The notes beneath the pieces were generated by a model. It was given only the letters and a program-made list of their open reading frames with translations, was not told where the DNA came from and made no database searches. A DNA stretch of 64,000 nucleotides, from the NCBI GenBank assembly GCA_002419055.1, contig DIFI01000009.1, positions 69,875-133,874 on the forward strand, written 5' to 3'. The position numbers and the translations under genes were made by a program. This document shows, one piece after another, positions 51,157 through 62,534 of the stretch; within the stretch, counting starts at the first letter, position 1, and the number at the start of each line of letters is the position of its first letter. The stretch is from Peptococcaceae bacterium UBA5752 (GTDB lineage: Bacteria; Bacillota; Dehalobacteriia; UBA4068).

Positions 51157-52055
51157 AAAAACTATTATTAATTGCTACCGGCGGCACTATTGCTGCCAGT
51201 CAAAGCGAAAAAGGATTGACGCCGACTTTAGATGCAAAGCAATTGTTAAGCCATCTTTCAACACAGTTGCATCAGCGATATCAGATTGATTGCCAGCAGC
51301 TGATGAGTATCGACAGCGCCGAAATGACACCGGCCGATTGGGCCAAGATAGCCAAAGCCGTTTATCAGCTAATTAATGATTATGATGGTATCGTAATTAG
51401 CCATGGCACTGATACGATGGCCTATACCGCGGCTGCGCTGAGTTATATGCTGCCGGGACTGAATAAACCGCTGGTATTAACAGGAAGCCAGCGGCCGCTT
51501 GTTGCTGCCGATAGCGATGCTCCGGGTAATCTGGAGGCATCATTTTATGTTGCGGCAAGTGATCTATTCGGAGTGATGGTGGTATTTGCTAACCGTATTA
51601 TTGACGGACGCCATGCATACAAGTTTCATATTTCTGCTGATGATGCGTTTATCAGTGTTGGAGCCAAAGAAATCGGCCAGGTGAAAGATGGTGAGCTTAT
51701 TATTAATCAGCCACCACAGCCAATAGCGGATAAGCTTCGGCTCAATATTAATTATGATCAACGGATTGTTTTGATACGCCTGTTTCCCGGTATTAGCGAA
51801 CAGGCTATTCTTACTGCAGCGGTTGGTACCCGAGCTGTTATTATTACCGCTTATGGCGCAGGCAATATTCCGCCGGTGGCAGCGATGGCGATTAAAAAGC
51901 TCCAAGAGCAGAATATAAAGATTGTATTGCACAGTTACTGTATTGACGGAGACATGAACGCTGAATTATATGCCAGCGGCGCTGCCAGCCTGGGCGTGGA
52001 AGTATCGGATTTGCCGGGGCCGGCTATTGTCGCAAAGATGATTTGTCAGCCGTAG
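51153..52055 (+). CDS. ansA: L-asparaginase, type I-like
   Basis: IATGGTIA and HGTDTM motifs are present. The start overlaps the lgt stop. Confidence 0.85.
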   Translation: MKKLLLIATGGTIAASQSEKGLTPTLDAKQLLSHLSTQLHQRYQIDCQQLMSIDSAEMTPADWAKIAKAVYQLINDYDGIVISHGTDTMAYTAAALSYMLPGLNKPLVLTGSQRPLVAADSDAPGNLEASFYVAASDLFGVMVVFANRIIDGRHAYKFHISADDAFISVGAKEIGQVKDGELIINQPPQPIADKLRLNINYDQRIVLIRLFPGISEQAILTAAVGTRAVIITAYGAGNIPPVAAMAIKKLQEQNIKIVLHSYCIDGDMNAELYASGAASLGVEVSDLPGPAIVAKMICQP

Positions 52056-52079
52056 TTGGATGATAAATGCTGCTGAGGC

Positions 52080-52313
52080 TTATTTCATATCGATATAACC
52101 GGGGTCGTTGGGTATAATAAAAATCGCAATTATATAAATAATTATCCCTGCCCCATAAAACAAAGCTAATACTGCCCAAATAATGCGAATAATGGTGGCA
52201 TCAATGCCGAAGAAATCACTAAGTCCGCCGCAAACACCGGCGATTATTCGCTTTTCCAAAGAGCGGTATAATTTTTTTTGCATAAAATACTCCTTTACTT
52301 TTGTTTTCCCCAA
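52080..52313 (-). CDS. PspC-domain small membrane protein
   Basis: The PspC motif RSLEKRIIAGVCGGLSDFFGID and one TM helix are present. Confidence 0.6.
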   Translation of the reverse strand: MGKTKVKEYFMQKKLYRSLEKRIIAGVCGGLSDFFGIDATIIRIIWAVLALFYGAGIIIYIIAIFIIPNDPGYIDMK

Positions 52314-53974
52314 CTGTCTTTAAGAGAGGCAATTCTGTTAAATATCAAATGCTGGAGTGAAGAATCATAATCAGCAACGAAGTAGCCTTGGCGCATAAAC
52401 TGATAGGGAACGCCTTTGGCGGCATCAGCTAACGATGCTTCGATTAATGCGTTTTTAACAGTAATTAATGAACTAGGATTAAGATAATCGATAAAGTCTT
52501 TATCCTCTTCAACATCGTCAGGATTTTCTTTGGCAAAGAGGTTATCATAAAGCTGCAGCGTGGCCGGAATGGCTTTTGCCGCATCTACCCAGTGGATAGT
52601 GCCCTTGACCTTCTTGCCGGAGTTGTCGCTGCCGCTTTTGGTTGCCGGATCATAGCTGCAATGGAGTTCGACGATATTGCCGTTTTCATCTTTGACAATG
52701 CTCTCACATTTGATGATATAGGCGAATTTCAGCCTTACTTCGCTTCCTACTGTCAGACGACGGAAGCCTTTGACCGGTTCTTCCATAAAGTCGCTGCGCT
52801 CAATATAAATTTGATTGCTGAAACTGATTTCTCTTTTGCCGCGTTCCGGTAGCTCCGGATTGTTTTCCGCCGGTAAAAGTTCACTGCCTTGGTAATTATC
52901 AATTACGACTTTCAAGGGATCGATAACGGCCATCACACGGTCGGCGTTGGTATTGAGAATATCGCGTACACAATGCTCAAGCAGGCTGAATTCAACAGTA
53001 CTATTGGCTTTAGCTACGCCGATCTTATCGCAAAAATCGCGGATGGCAGCAGCCGGATAACCACGGCGGCGCATTCCCGACAGCGTAGGCATACGAGGAT
53101 CGTCCCAATCGCTGACAAAGCCTTCTTCGACTAAGCGGCGTAATTTGCGCTTTGACATCACGGTATAGGTAATGTTGAGTCGGGCAAATTCGATCTGGCG
53201 GCTTTTGCAGGGTACATCAATATTGTTTAAGAACCATTCGTATAGTGGTCGATGATTTTCGAATTCGAGAGTACAGATGGAATGGGTGATACCTTCCAGA
53301 GCGTCAGAAACCGGATGAGCGTAGTCATACATCGGGTAGATACACCATTTATCGCCGGTGCGTTGATGGTGTGACCTCTGGATCCGATACATTACCGGAT
53401 CGCGCATATTAAAGTTTGATGAAGCCATATCAATGCGGGCGCGCAGTACACGGCTGCCGTCTTCAAAACAGCCTTCACGCATCTGGGCAAATAACTGTAA
53501 ATTTTCTTCGACGCTGCGTGAGGCATAAGGGCTAATGGTACCGGGTACGGTTGGCGTACCGCGGTAGGCGCGGATTTCGTCCTGAGAAAGATCACAGACA
53601 TAAGCTTTACCTTCTTTAATTAACTGAGCGGCAAAATCGTAAAGCTTTTCAAAATAATCAGAAGCATAATAAAGCCGGTTCTGCCAATCAAAGCCTAGCC
53701 AATGAATATCTTCTTGAATAGCATCTATGAACTGTTGTTCCTCCTTGGAGGGATTGGTGTCGTCAAAACGGAGGTTGCAGAGGCCACCGTATTCTTTGGC
53801 AGTGCCAAAATCAATGCAGATTGCCTTAGCATGACCGATATGAAGACGTCCGTTAGGTTCCGGCGGGAAGCGCGTATGCACCTTTTCGCTGCATTTACCT
53901 TCCTTGAGGTCATTGTTGATAATAGTATTGATAAAATGATTGTTGGGAAGTGATGCAAAATCCCTTTCGCTCAT
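52295..53974 (-). CDS. glnS: Glutamine--tRNA ligase
   Basis: Class I HIGH (RFPPEPNGRLHIGHAK) and VMSKR motifs, a ~560-aa length, and an anticodon-binding beta-barrel C-terminus. Confidence 0.85.
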   Translation of the reverse strand: MSERDFASLPNNHFINTIINNDLKEGKCSEKVHTRFPPEPNGRLHIGHAKAICIDFGTAKEYGGLCNLRFDDTNPSKEEQQFIDAIQEDIHWLGFDWQNRLYYASDYFEKLYDFAAQLIKEGKAYVCDLSQDEIRAYRGTPTVPGTISPYASRSVEENLQLFAQMREGCFEDGSRVLRARIDMASSNFNMRDPVMYRIQRSHHQRTGDKWCIYPMYDYAHPVSDALEGITHSICTLEFENHRPLYEWFLNNIDVPCKSRQIEFARLNITYTVMSKRKLRRLVEEGFVSDWDDPRMPTLSGMRRRGYPAAAIRDFCDKIGVAKANSTVEFSLLEHCVRDILNTNADRVMAVIDPLKVVIDNYQGSELLPAENNPELPERGKREISFSNQIYIERSDFMEEPVKGFRRLTVGSEVRLKFAYIIKCESIVKDENGNIVELHCSYDPATKSGSDNSGKKVKGTIHWVDAAKAIPATLQLYDNLFAKENPDDVEEDKDFIDYLNPSSLITVKNALIEASLADAAKGVPYQFMRQGYFVADYDSSLQHLIFNRIASLKDSWGKQK

Positions 53975-54078
53975 AGTATGCCTCCTGTTGTAAATTTATC
54001 TTAATATTTTACATCTTTTTTACCTATTTAGTCAATTAATATGCTTATAATGGTGCTTTTAGTCAAATTTGTGTTATA

Positions 54079-55275
54079 TTATGAGAGTATTATATAAGCT
54101 ATTATACCGAGAACAAGAACCAGGGAATAAGGTGGTATGCTCATTACTAACACTTTGCGCAGATCAGCGTGAAAGTACTGGCTAACGATATTAGTGCATA
54201 TATGCATCGGCGTTATCATATTACCGGCATATCCAGCAAGTAATAGAAGCATCATCAACAGTATTCCGCCATTCGGAATAGCTGAAAAGGCCAGCGGCAG
54301 TCCAATCGCCACCATTGGCAGCATCATACCAGTAATCAAAGTGATAAAAGTACAAAGGATACAAAATACCAGATACGGTGGTATTGGCCATGATGCAACT
54401 AATGTCGGTAAGCTCTCGACAGCTCCGGAGTAGCTGAGGATATCTTTGAAGGCAAGTACAAACAGTACCATCAATAGTATCGATATATTGGTGCCGTTTT
54501 TGAGCATAGTCAACAGTTGGCATGGCTTTACGCGACTAACCAGGATTACCGCCAACAGCGTAATACAGGAAGCAATTGAAGTTCGTATACCGCAAAAGAT
54601 GATTAGTATTACGATTAAGAGAAATGGCCAAAAATTAGTTAGCATTTGCATCAGTGCTGTTTTAAGCGGTATAGATATCAGTTTTTCTTCCTTTTTGATC
54701 TTGCGAAGGTAAAATATGCCGATGATTGCCATAAACAGAGACCAAGGAAGCATTATCAGCACTACCTGAGGCAACGGGAAGCCGGAAATCTGTGCTGTCA
54801 GCAGCACACAGGGATAAGTTGGGAAGAACAGCTCCATAATATGACGATAATAGACATTGAGAAATGACTTGTCCTCGGGACTTAAAGCAGTGCCTTCCGC
54901 TGATTTACCTACTAAGGGAGCCGAAAAAAGCGCCCCGCCCGCCGAAGGTAAGAGCCCTATTACAGCCGGTAAAACTGCAATATTGATTCTCTTACTATGG
55001 AAGATCGCATTCATGGCGCCAAGCATTCCTTCCATATAACCGACCTGGCCCATGATATGCTCAAGCAGCATGATGAAGAATAATACTAATATGAATTCGA
55101 TTGTATCAATGCTGGTTATTGAAGAAATATAAGCATTTGTAAATTCAAGCGGAGGTATTAAAAATAATACCCCCAGTAATATTGTAGCCACAAAAATAAC
55201 GGGTCCCAACGGCTTTTTAAAGCCAAGCAGCACCACAATGAAGATGAATATTATAAACAATTTAATCAGTTCCAT
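54079..55275 (-). CDS. Polytopic membrane protein, putative transporter of unassigned family
   Basis: Eleven or more hydrophobic helices. No diagnostic motif was recognised. Confidence 0.45.
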   Translation of the reverse strand: MELIKLFIIFIFIVVLLGFKKPLGPVIFVATILLGVLFLIPPLEFTNAYISSITSIDTIEFILVLFFIMLLEHIMGQVGYMEGMLGAMNAIFHSKRINIAVLPAVIGLLPSAGGALFSAPLVGKSAEGTALSPEDKSFLNVYYRHIMELFFPTYPCVLLTAQISGFPLPQVVLIMLPWSLFMAIIGIFYLRKIKKEEKLISIPLKTALMQMLTNFWPFLLIVILIIFCGIRTSIASCITLLAVILVSRVKPCQLLTMLKNGTNISILLMVLFVLAFKDILSYSGAVESLPTLVASWPIPPYLVFCILCTFITLITGMMLPMVAIGLPLAFSAIPNGGILLMMLLLLAGYAGNMITPMHICTNIVSQYFHADLRKVLVMSIPPYSLVLVLGIIAYIILS

Positions 55276-55320
55276 ATTAACCTATCCTTGAATTTAGTCA
55301 CATATACTGTTAAAATTTTT

Positions 55321-55893
55321 TTATAAAAGATGCTCGAGTAATATTTTTGTTCCGACAAAAATTAAAACTAAACCGCCAAAAATAACCGCTTTTTGCTTTA
55401 ACAGACGTCCAAATTTGTGGCCGATGGAGGCAGCAATCATACAGCAAAGAAATGTTATTACACCGATAAAGGCGGAAGCTGCGACAATATTGACACTTAT
55501 AAAAGCAAAGCTGACACCAACTGCCAGCGCATCAATGCTGGTGGCGATAGCTTGTATTATTAGCTGTTTATTACTTAAAATTATAGTGTGTTTTATAGCG
55601 GAGGGCGGCTGTTTTAGCTCCTTTAATCCTTCAATAAGCATTTTACCGCCGATAGCCAACAGCAAGACAAAGGCTATCCAATGATCAAAGGCATTAATAG
55701 CTGCTGCAAAACTGGTGCCAACGGCATAGCCGATGATTGGCATCAGCATCTGGGCAATACCGAAGGCCAATGCCATGCGCAGACCCTGCTGCATAATATC
55801 ATTGCCTTTATAATTCATTGCGTTAGCTATTGTAATAGTAAAAGCGTCCATTGATAGGCCTAATGCAATCATAAATAAAGATAATAAATTCAT
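55321..55893 (-). CDS. mntP: Manganese efflux pump MntP
   Basis: MNLLSLFMIALGLSMDAF and a duplicated DUF204 half pattern are present. Confidence 0.85.
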   Translation of the reverse strand: MNLLSLFMIALGLSMDAFTITIANAMNYKGNDIMQQGLRMALAFGIAQMLMPIIGYAVGTSFAAAINAFDHWIAFVLLLAIGGKMLIEGLKELKQPPSAIKHTIILSNKQLIIQAIATSIDALAVGVSFAFISVNIVAASAFIGVITFLCCMIAASIGHKFGRLLKQKAVIFGGLVLIFVGTKILLEHLL

Positions 55894-56129
55894 ATTGCTC
55901 CTTTTGATTTAAACTCTTCTTAAAATACATAAAATTATTATAAAACTATGCGTATTTGATCTTTGATCATTTTATAGTATTATGATTAGTAGATTATGTT
56001 TTTGTCAAGTATTAATAGGTATATATCCTTTTTCTATTGACTTTTATTATCTTATTGAATATAATTACAAATTAAATTGAACACATGTTTTTGACGTCCG
56101 TAGTTATTTGTATTATAGGAGGGGTATCT

Positions 56130-57455
56130 ATGATTAGTAAAAACGATATACTTGTCAGTGCCAAAGAAAATCATATCCGATTTATTCGGCTCCAGTTTAC
56201 CGATATCTTCGGAGTGATGAAGAATATCGCTATCACTACCAGTCAGTTGGAAAAAGCCTTAGAAAACGAAATGATGTTTGATGGTTCTTCTATTGACGGC
56301 TTTGTGCGTATTGAAGAAAGTGATATGTATTTGAGGCCTGATCTTAATTCATGGCAAGTATTACCCGACACTTATACGGAGAGTTGTTCTGCAAGGCTGA
56401 TTTGTGATGTTTATAATCCTGATGGTACTCCTTTTGCCGGTGATCCCCGATACATTTTGAAGAAAGCGCTGACTAAAGCCGCAGATATGGGCTATAGCAT
56501 GAATGTCGGTCCTGAAGCAGAATTTTTTCTCTTCCATACCGATGATGATGGCAAACCAACTTTAGAAACTCATGATAAAGCTGCTTACTTTGATCTGGCC
56601 CCGGTAGATTTTGGTGAAAAGGCACGTGAGGCAATGGTTTTGCATTTGGAACAGATAGGTTTCGAAGTTGAAGCTTCTCATCATGAATGTGCACCCGGGC
56701 AGCACGAAATTGATTTTAAATATGCTGATGCGCTGACCGCTGCCGACGATGTCCAAACATTTAAATATGTAATTCGCCGCGTTGCTCAGTCTCATGGTCT
56801 CCATGCTACCTTTATGCCTAAGCCGATTGGCGGTATTTCCGGTAGCGGTATGCATGTTAATCAGTCATTATTTAAAGCCGGAGAAAATGTCTTTTGTGAT
56901 CCTGCCGGTGAGCGTGGTCTTTCACAGCAAGCATATTGGTATTTAGGTGGTTTACTAAAACACGCCGCAGCCTATACAGCGATTACCAATCCGATTATCA
57001 ATTCTTATAAACGGCTTGTATCCGGCTATGAAGCACCAGTCTATATTGCTTGGGCTACTCAAAATCGTTCTCCGTTAGTACGGGTACCGGCCAAGCGCGG
57101 TAAATCAACACGTATGGAATTGCGTTCCCCGGATCCTTCCTGTAATCCTTATTTGGCATTCGCAGTGATGCTGATGGCTGGATTGGATGGAATTGAAAAT
57201 AAAATAGCGCCGCCGGCGCCGATTGAAAGAAATATATTTGATTTGAGTGCTCTTGAACTAAAAGAATTATCCGTTAGCGTTTTGCCGGAAAATATCAGTG
57301 ATGCCGTTGATGTTATGAGCACCAGCAAACTGATGCGCGATACTCTCGGTGACCATGTTTTTAATCGTTTTATAGGAGCCAAAAGATTGGAATGGCAAGA
57401 ATACCGAGTTCAAGTAACCAAGTGGGAAGTAGATAAGTACTTGACCAAGTTTTAA
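56130..57455 (+). CDS. glnA: Type I glutamine synthetase
   Basis: An AGGAGGGG RBS precedes the start. Beta-grasp and catalytic domains are present with KPIGGISGSGMHVNQSL. The tyrosine adenylylation region is absent, as in GS I-alpha. Confidence 0.9.
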   Translation: MISKNDILVSAKENHIRFIRLQFTDIFGVMKNIAITTSQLEKALENEMMFDGSSIDGFVRIEESDMYLRPDLNSWQVLPDTYTESCSARLICDVYNPDGTPFAGDPRYILKKALTKAADMGYSMNVGPEAEFFLFHTDDDGKPTLETHDKAAYFDLAPVDFGEKAREAMVLHLEQIGFEVEASHHECAPGQHEIDFKYADALTAADDVQTFKYVIRRVAQSHGLHATFMPKPIGGISGSGMHVNQSLFKAGENVFCDPAGERGLSQQAYWYLGGLLKHAAAYTAITNPIINSYKRLVSGYEAPVYIAWATQNRSPLVRVPAKRGKSTRMELRSPDPSCNPYLAFAVMLMAGLDGIENKIAPPAPIERNIFDLSALELKELSVSVLPENISDAVDVMSTSKLMRDTLGDHVFNRFIGAKRLEWQEYRVQVTKWEVDKYLTKF

Positions 57456-57607
57456 GGATTATGGGCGGCATTAAGCCGTCCTTCTCTTTTGAATTTTTTA
57501 TGGCTGGTAGCTCTGTCCTTCTACCTAATTTTTTCTTGTAAACCAATCTTTTCCTATGATATAATTTTAAGAAATGGTTTTCCCCGTTAAAGAAAGAAGG
57601 TATTCCT

Positions 57608-58435
57608 ATGCGTTTTACCAAAATGCATGGTTTAGGGAACGATTTCGTGCTACTAAACGGTTTTACGGAACAGTTACCGACTGATTTAGGGGCTTTGGCT
57701 AAAACTTTATGCCACCGTCAGTTGGGTATTGGTGCCGATGGTTTGATAGTGCTTAAACCAGTTGCCGGTTATGATGGTGAATTTTTGATTTTTAACTACG
57801 ATGGGTCGCAAGCCGAAATGTGCGGTAATGGTATACGTTGTGCTGCTTTATTTGCCAATAGGCAAGGTATTGTTCAAAAAAATCAGTTTGTCTTTTTGAC
57901 ACTTGCCGGTCCGATAAGTCCGATGATTATCGATGAACAGCAGGGGATGGTTCGCGTTAACATGGGTGAGCCGCGCTTGAAACCTGCCGAGATACCGGCT
58001 GATTTTAGTGGTTCTCAGGTGGTAGATGCACCGTTGATGGTCAATGATCAGATGTTTAAAATAACTCTGGTTTCAATAGGCAATCCACACTGCGTGATAT
58101 TTGTAAATGATATTGTCTCCTTCCCGGTAGAGATAATCGGACCGCTAATTGAAAATCATCAGTTATTCCCGTCAAAAATTAACGTTGAATTTGTGAAATT
58201 ATTATCCGACGAGGTTATCCAGATGCGTGTTTGGGAACGCGGTTGCGGTGAGACTTTTGCCTGTGGCACCGGAGCTTGCGCTGCTGTTGTGGCGTCAGTC
58301 TTAAATGGTTTTACCAAAAATAACTGTGAGGTACAATTGGCTTATGGATCACTGAATATCAAATGGGTTGATTGCCAAAAGGTTTTTATGACCGGCCCGG
58401 CCACTTTTGTTGCCGAGGGTGAATTTTTTATCTAA
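57608..58435 (+). CDS. dapF: Diaminopimelate epimerase
   Basis: MHGLGNDF, the catalytic Cys in EMCGNGIRC, and GNPHCV are present. Confidence 0.9.
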   Translation: MRFTKMHGLGNDFVLLNGFTEQLPTDLGALAKTLCHRQLGIGADGLIVLKPVAGYDGEFLIFNYDGSQAEMCGNGIRCAALFANRQGIVQKNQFVFLTLAGPISPMIIDEQQGMVRVNMGEPRLKPAEIPADFSGSQVVDAPLMVNDQMFKITLVSIGNPHCVIFVNDIVSFPVEIIGPLIENHQLFPSKINVEFVKLLSDEVIQMRVWERGCGETFACGTGACAAVVASVLNGFTKNNCEVQLAYGSLNIKWVDCQKVFMTGPATFVAEGEFFI

Positions 58436-58494
58436 TAAATATTACATAATGCTTTTCGTCTAAGTAGTTAAAACATATATTTCGGAGGTAATTT

Positions 58495-59670
58495 ATGATA
58501 GAACAATCTGATCGCATTAAAACTATACCACCTTATCTATTTGCCGGTATTGAAAAGAAAATAGCTGAAGCTAAAGCAAAAGGTGAAGATATCATCAGCC
58601 TTGGTATCGGTGATCCCGATATACCTACGCCTGATTTTATTATTGAAGAAATGAAGAAACAGCTGGAAGTAACCATCAATCATCAATATCCGTCATCGGT
58701 CGGTATGTTGGAATATCGTGCTGCCGTGGCTGATTATTATCAAAACCGTTTTGATGTAGAAATTGACCCGGTTAATGAAGTATGTTCGTTGATTGGCTCT
58801 AAAGAAGGTATTGCCAATATTAATTATTGTTTTGTCAACCAGGGCGATATCAACCTAGTACCTAACCCCTATTATCCGGTCTATGATACAGCTACGATGC
58901 TGGCCGGCGGTAAGTCTTACTATCTGCCGCTGACTGCCGAAAACGGTTTTTTACCTGATCTTGATGCTGTGCCTTCTGAGATTGCAGCTAAGGCTAAGAT
59001 CCTTTGGCTTAATTATCCCAATAATCCTACCGGCGCAGTTGCCAATTTGGATTTTTATGAGAAAGCTGTAGCTTTTGCTAAGAGATATAATCTGCTGATC
59101 TGTCATGACTCTGCATATGCTGATATGACATATGATGGCTATGTCGCACCCAGTATTTTCCAGATTGCGGGCGCTAAGGATGTAGCTATCGAATTTGGTT
59201 CCTGTTCTAAACCTTTTAATATGACCGGCTGGCGGATTGGTTTTGTTGTAGGTAATGCTGAGGCGGTGGAAACGCTGGCTCGTTACAAATCAAATGTTGA
59301 CAGCGGTGCTTTTCAGGCAGTACAGTATGCGGGTATTGTCGGTCTTCGCAACTTTAAACCTGTTGTCGAAGCATCACGTCAAATCTATGCCGCACGGCGA
59401 AATATTTTAGTGGGCGGACTCAATGATATGGGCTGGTCACTGAAATTTCCATTAGGTACATTTTATGTTTGGGCCCCGGTGCCTAAAGGTTTTACTTCCG
59501 CTTCATTTGCCGAATATGTTTTGGAAAAAGCCGGCGTAATTATTACTCCCGGAAATGGTTATGGTGAGTATGGTGAAGGATATTTTCGGGCAACATTGAC
59601 TGTAGAAGAAAACAGATTAAAAGAAGCAATGGCTCGTCTTAAGAAGACTTTGGGCACTGTAGAATTTTAA
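58495..59670 (+). CDS. dapL: LL-diaminopimelate aminotransferase (DapL-type, class I aminotransferase)
   Basis: [12 protein letters not shown]...[11 protein letters not shown] matches the DapL N-terminus. The PLP Lys lies in a [11 protein letters not shown] context. Confidence 0.8.
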   Translation: MIEQSDRIKTIPPYLFAGIEKKIAEAKAKGEDIISLGIGDPDIPTPDFIIEEMKKQLEVTINHQYPSSVGMLEYRAAVADYYQNRFDVEIDPVNEVCSLIGSKEGIANINYCFVNQGDINLVPNPYYPVYDTATMLAGGKSYYLPLTAENGFLPDLDAVPSEIAAKAKILWLNYPNNPTGAVANLDFYEKAVAFAKRYNLLICHDSAYADMTYDGYVAPSIFQIAGAKDVAIEFGSCSKPFNMTGWRIGFVVGNAEAVETLARYKSNVDSGAFQAVQYAGIVGLRNFKPVVEASRQIYAARRNILVGGLNDMGWSLKFPLGTFYVWAPVPKGFTSASFAEYVLEKAGVIITPGNGYGEYGEGYFRATLTVEENRLKEAMARLKKTLGTVEF

Positions 59671-59779
59671 TCGATACACGCAAGTAGACTGTTTTTTTGT
59701 GAAATAGAGCAATTTAAAAACATATAAGAAGGCATCTTGTTTTTATACTATGAATATTTCAAAAATGGAGTGAAATGTC

Positions 59780-61507
59780 ATGACAATTGCCATCGCCCAA
59801 CCGGAAATCTATGCAGGTGATCTGCGACGCAATACTCAAACAATCATCACTATGATTTCTGCCGCCCGTGATATTGGTGCAGAAATAATTGTATTTCCTG
59901 AGCTTGTTGTCAGCGGACTGATGCCAAGTGATAACTTCTGCCGTGATGATTTTATTAATGATTGCGAGGCAGCTAATCAACAAATTGCCGCTGCCGCAGA
60001 TGGGATTACTGTTATTTATGGCAATATCAGGCGGATTGATGGTGGACTGGAAAATGCCTGTTTTATGGCTGTTGATGGCGAATTAGGGCGTTTGGAAGTG
60101 CTTAGTTGCAATAGTGCTATTAATGGCGTCTATACACCTTTTAATTGCAGTAGTGATTTAAAGATATACAATCTGATGTTGAACGGTAAGGTTTGCCGTA
60201 CCGGTTTTTTGACTGGAGATTGGCGGAATCAACAAACTCCTTTTAATAATAATGATATAGATTTACTGATTAATCTTTCGCCGTTGCCTTTTACGATTGA
60301 TAGTGATGACGCACCACTGATGGGTCAAAAACGTCCCTATATTCAAAGTGGTTGTTGTCAATTGGTTGCCAAAGGGAAGACTTACCATCTAGTGGCTGGC
60401 GGCGCCTACATGCTTGATATGCAAGGAAAACCAATTGCAGTAGCGCCCCGCTTCAGGGAAAAACTACTGTTGTGCAATCTTAACGATCCTACCTGTGATT
60501 TTTTGCCGCCGCGATTGGAGCAATTATCCGAGGCTATGATTTGGGCAATCCGCAACTTTTGTATTTCAATTAATGTTAATCATGTTACCATTGGTATTTC
60601 CGGCGGTATAGATTCCGCTTTGGCGGCTTGTTTATATACGCAAGCTTTAGGTAATGATAATGTATTGCTGATTTCGATGCCGAGCAAATATAGCAGCGAT
60701 ATTACCCGTAATCTTGCTGAAGGAATGGCGCGTAGTTTACAGACCAACTATTTAGTAATGCCGATGCAACAGGCTTTTGAGTATTTGGTTAGTCAGTTTA
60801 TGCGTACGTCGGTTAAACGCGCAGGTGGCGGTACAGATTGGACGATTACGTTGAACCAGGCAGCACAGGAAAATGTCCAAGCACGCGAACGGGCGCGCAT
60901 CTTGGCAGCAGCGGCGGCCGGGTTTGGTGGCATTTTTACCTGCAATGGTAATAAAGCCGAATCAACCGTCGGTTATGCAACTTTTTATGGAGATTTATCA
61001 GGGGCCTTTGCCGTAGCCGGTGATTTATGGAAACATCAGGTCTATGCGGCGTCCAAACAGATGGAGAAAATCTATACTGATGCCCCGCTGGCTGAAATTG
61101 CTGCTATTCGTCCTTCTGCGGAACTTTCTGCTGCGCAATCTGTTGAAAGGGGTTTGGGAGATCCGATAATATACGAGTACCACGATTATCTTTTTGCTTC
61201 ATGGGTGGAACAAAAAAACACTCCTTCAGATATTCTACGCTGGTATTCAGAGGGTACGTTGGCTGAACATATCGGCTGTGAACCTTCATCTGTTACAAAT
61301 AATTTTGCAACTACTGCTGATTTTTGTGCTGATATCGAATTTTGGTGGAAAGCTTACCGAGGTATTGGTGTTGCCAAAAGGCAGCAGGCTCCTCCAGGTT
61401 TGGTGCTGAGCAGATTTCCTTTTGGTGATGATAGCGGTGAAAATCAGGCAGCTATTTATTTGGGAGAAGAATATTTAAAACTAAAAAACTATCTTCTTAA
61501 TCGATAG
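59780..61507 (+). CDS. nadE: Glutamine-dependent NAD+ synthetase (nitrilase domain + PP-loop synthetase domain)
   Basis: An N-terminal CN-hydrolase domain and the C-terminal PP-loop ISGGIDSAL are present. Confidence 0.85.
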   Translation: MTIAIAQPEIYAGDLRRNTQTIITMISAARDIGAEIIVFPELVVSGLMPSDNFCRDDFINDCEAANQQIAAAADGITVIYGNIRRIDGGLENACFMAVDGELGRLEVLSCNSAINGVYTPFNCSSDLKIYNLMLNGKVCRTGFLTGDWRNQQTPFNNNDIDLLINLSPLPFTIDSDDAPLMGQKRPYIQSGCCQLVAKGKTYHLVAGGAYMLDMQGKPIAVAPRFREKLLLCNLNDPTCDFLPPRLEQLSEAMIWAIRNFCISINVNHVTIGISGGIDSALAACLYTQALGNDNVLLISMPSKYSSDITRNLAEGMARSLQTNYLVMPMQQAFEYLVSQFMRTSVKRAGGGTDWTITLNQAAQENVQARERARILAAAAAGFGGIFTCNGNKAESTVGYATFYGDLSGAFAVAGDLWKHQVYAASKQMEKIYTDAPLAEIAAIRPSAELSAAQSVERGLGDPIIYEYHDYLFASWVEQKNTPSDILRWYSEGTLAEHIGCEPSSVTNNFATTADFCADIEFWWKAYRGIGVAKRQQAPPGLVLSRFPFGDDSGENQAAIYLGEEYLKLKNYLLNR

Positions 61508-61553
61508 TTTTCTAAAAAATGCTAATAGATTAGCTATTTTAAATGGGGACGAT

Positions 61554-62423
61554 ATGGATCAGCTTACTCTTTATGCTCCGGCTAAAATCAATTGGTCACT
61601 CGATATTTGTGGTCGCCGCGCCGATGGCTACCATCTGTTGCGCAGTCTGATTCAGAACATCGATTTGACGGATAAAGTTGTTATTTCACAAAGTGATAGG
61701 GATAGTTGTATTTGCGATCAACCTATCAATGGTAATAATATTGCTTTAAAAGCCTGGCACTTGCTTAAACAACGGTTTCGGCTTAGTGGTGGATTAAAAA
61801 TATCAATAACGAAGCGAATACCTGTTGCAGCCGGACTTGGCGGCGGCTCTGCTGATGCTGCTGCTGTTTTGCATGGTGTAAATGAATTATTTGCTTTGGG
61901 AATTAATACTGAACAGCTGCAGCGTATTGGTTTGGAACTTGGTGCTGATCTGCCTTTTTGTGTGGCTGGTGGATTGGCCCTGGTCGAAGGGATAGGAGAA
62001 AAGGTGCAGGTTCTTGATCCAATTCCCAGCTATCATATGCTTTTGATCAATATCGGCCGACCTTTATCCACGGCAGCAGTATTCAACCGTTTTAATATAA
62101 CTGATGCAGGAACTCATACTGATCTGCCTACTTTGCTTCAAGCACTGATAAACGGGGATATCAATGCGGTAGCCGCTGCTCGTCATAACGCTTTGGAATG
62201 TCCTGCGTGTTTGCTTGAACCAACAATATGTTCATTGATACAACGGATTCGGGCGCTTGGCCTTAGTCCAATGATGAGTGGAAGCGGTCCTACTGTTTTT
62301 GTCCCTTCAAATGATCGTGAACGACTTGAAGCGGCTTTGAAACAACTTGCCATAGAATATCCTTTTGTTACTCTAACTGCTACCAGACTTCAAGGAACTA
62401 CATTTGGAGTCGTTAACAAATAA
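61554..62423 (+). CDS. ispE: 4-diphosphocytidyl-2-C-methyl-D-erythritol kinase
   Basis: APAKINWSL, the GHMP kinase motif PVAAGLGGGSADAAA, and ~290 aa length. Confidence 0.85.
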   Translation: MDQLTLYAPAKINWSLDICGRRADGYHLLRSLIQNIDLTDKVVISQSDRDSCICDQPINGNNIALKAWHLLKQRFRLSGGLKISITKRIPVAAGLGGGSADAAAVLHGVNELFALGINTEQLQRIGLELGADLPFCVAGGLALVEGIGEKVQVLDPIPSYHMLLINIGRPLSTAAVFNRFNITDAGTHTDLPTLLQALINGDINAVAAARHNALECPACLLEPTICSLIQRIRALGLSPMMSGSGPTVFVPSNDRERLEAALKQLAIEYPFVTLTATRLQGTTFGVVNK

Positions 62424-62534
62424 CCTGTTGCATACTTTCTCAATATGAACAAACTAAAGTTGCTGTCTGAAAAAGATACGTTACAAAACGGAGGCAAGTT
62501 TTCATTGCCCCTTTTTCTTGTGTCTTATTTTTTT

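Noticed and set aside
55894-56084. Possible yybP-ykoY (Mn) riboswitch in the mntP 5' region
   Set aside because: The minus-strand leader is extremely AT-rich and lacks the conserved G-rich loop sequences. A -35-like TTGACA is present.
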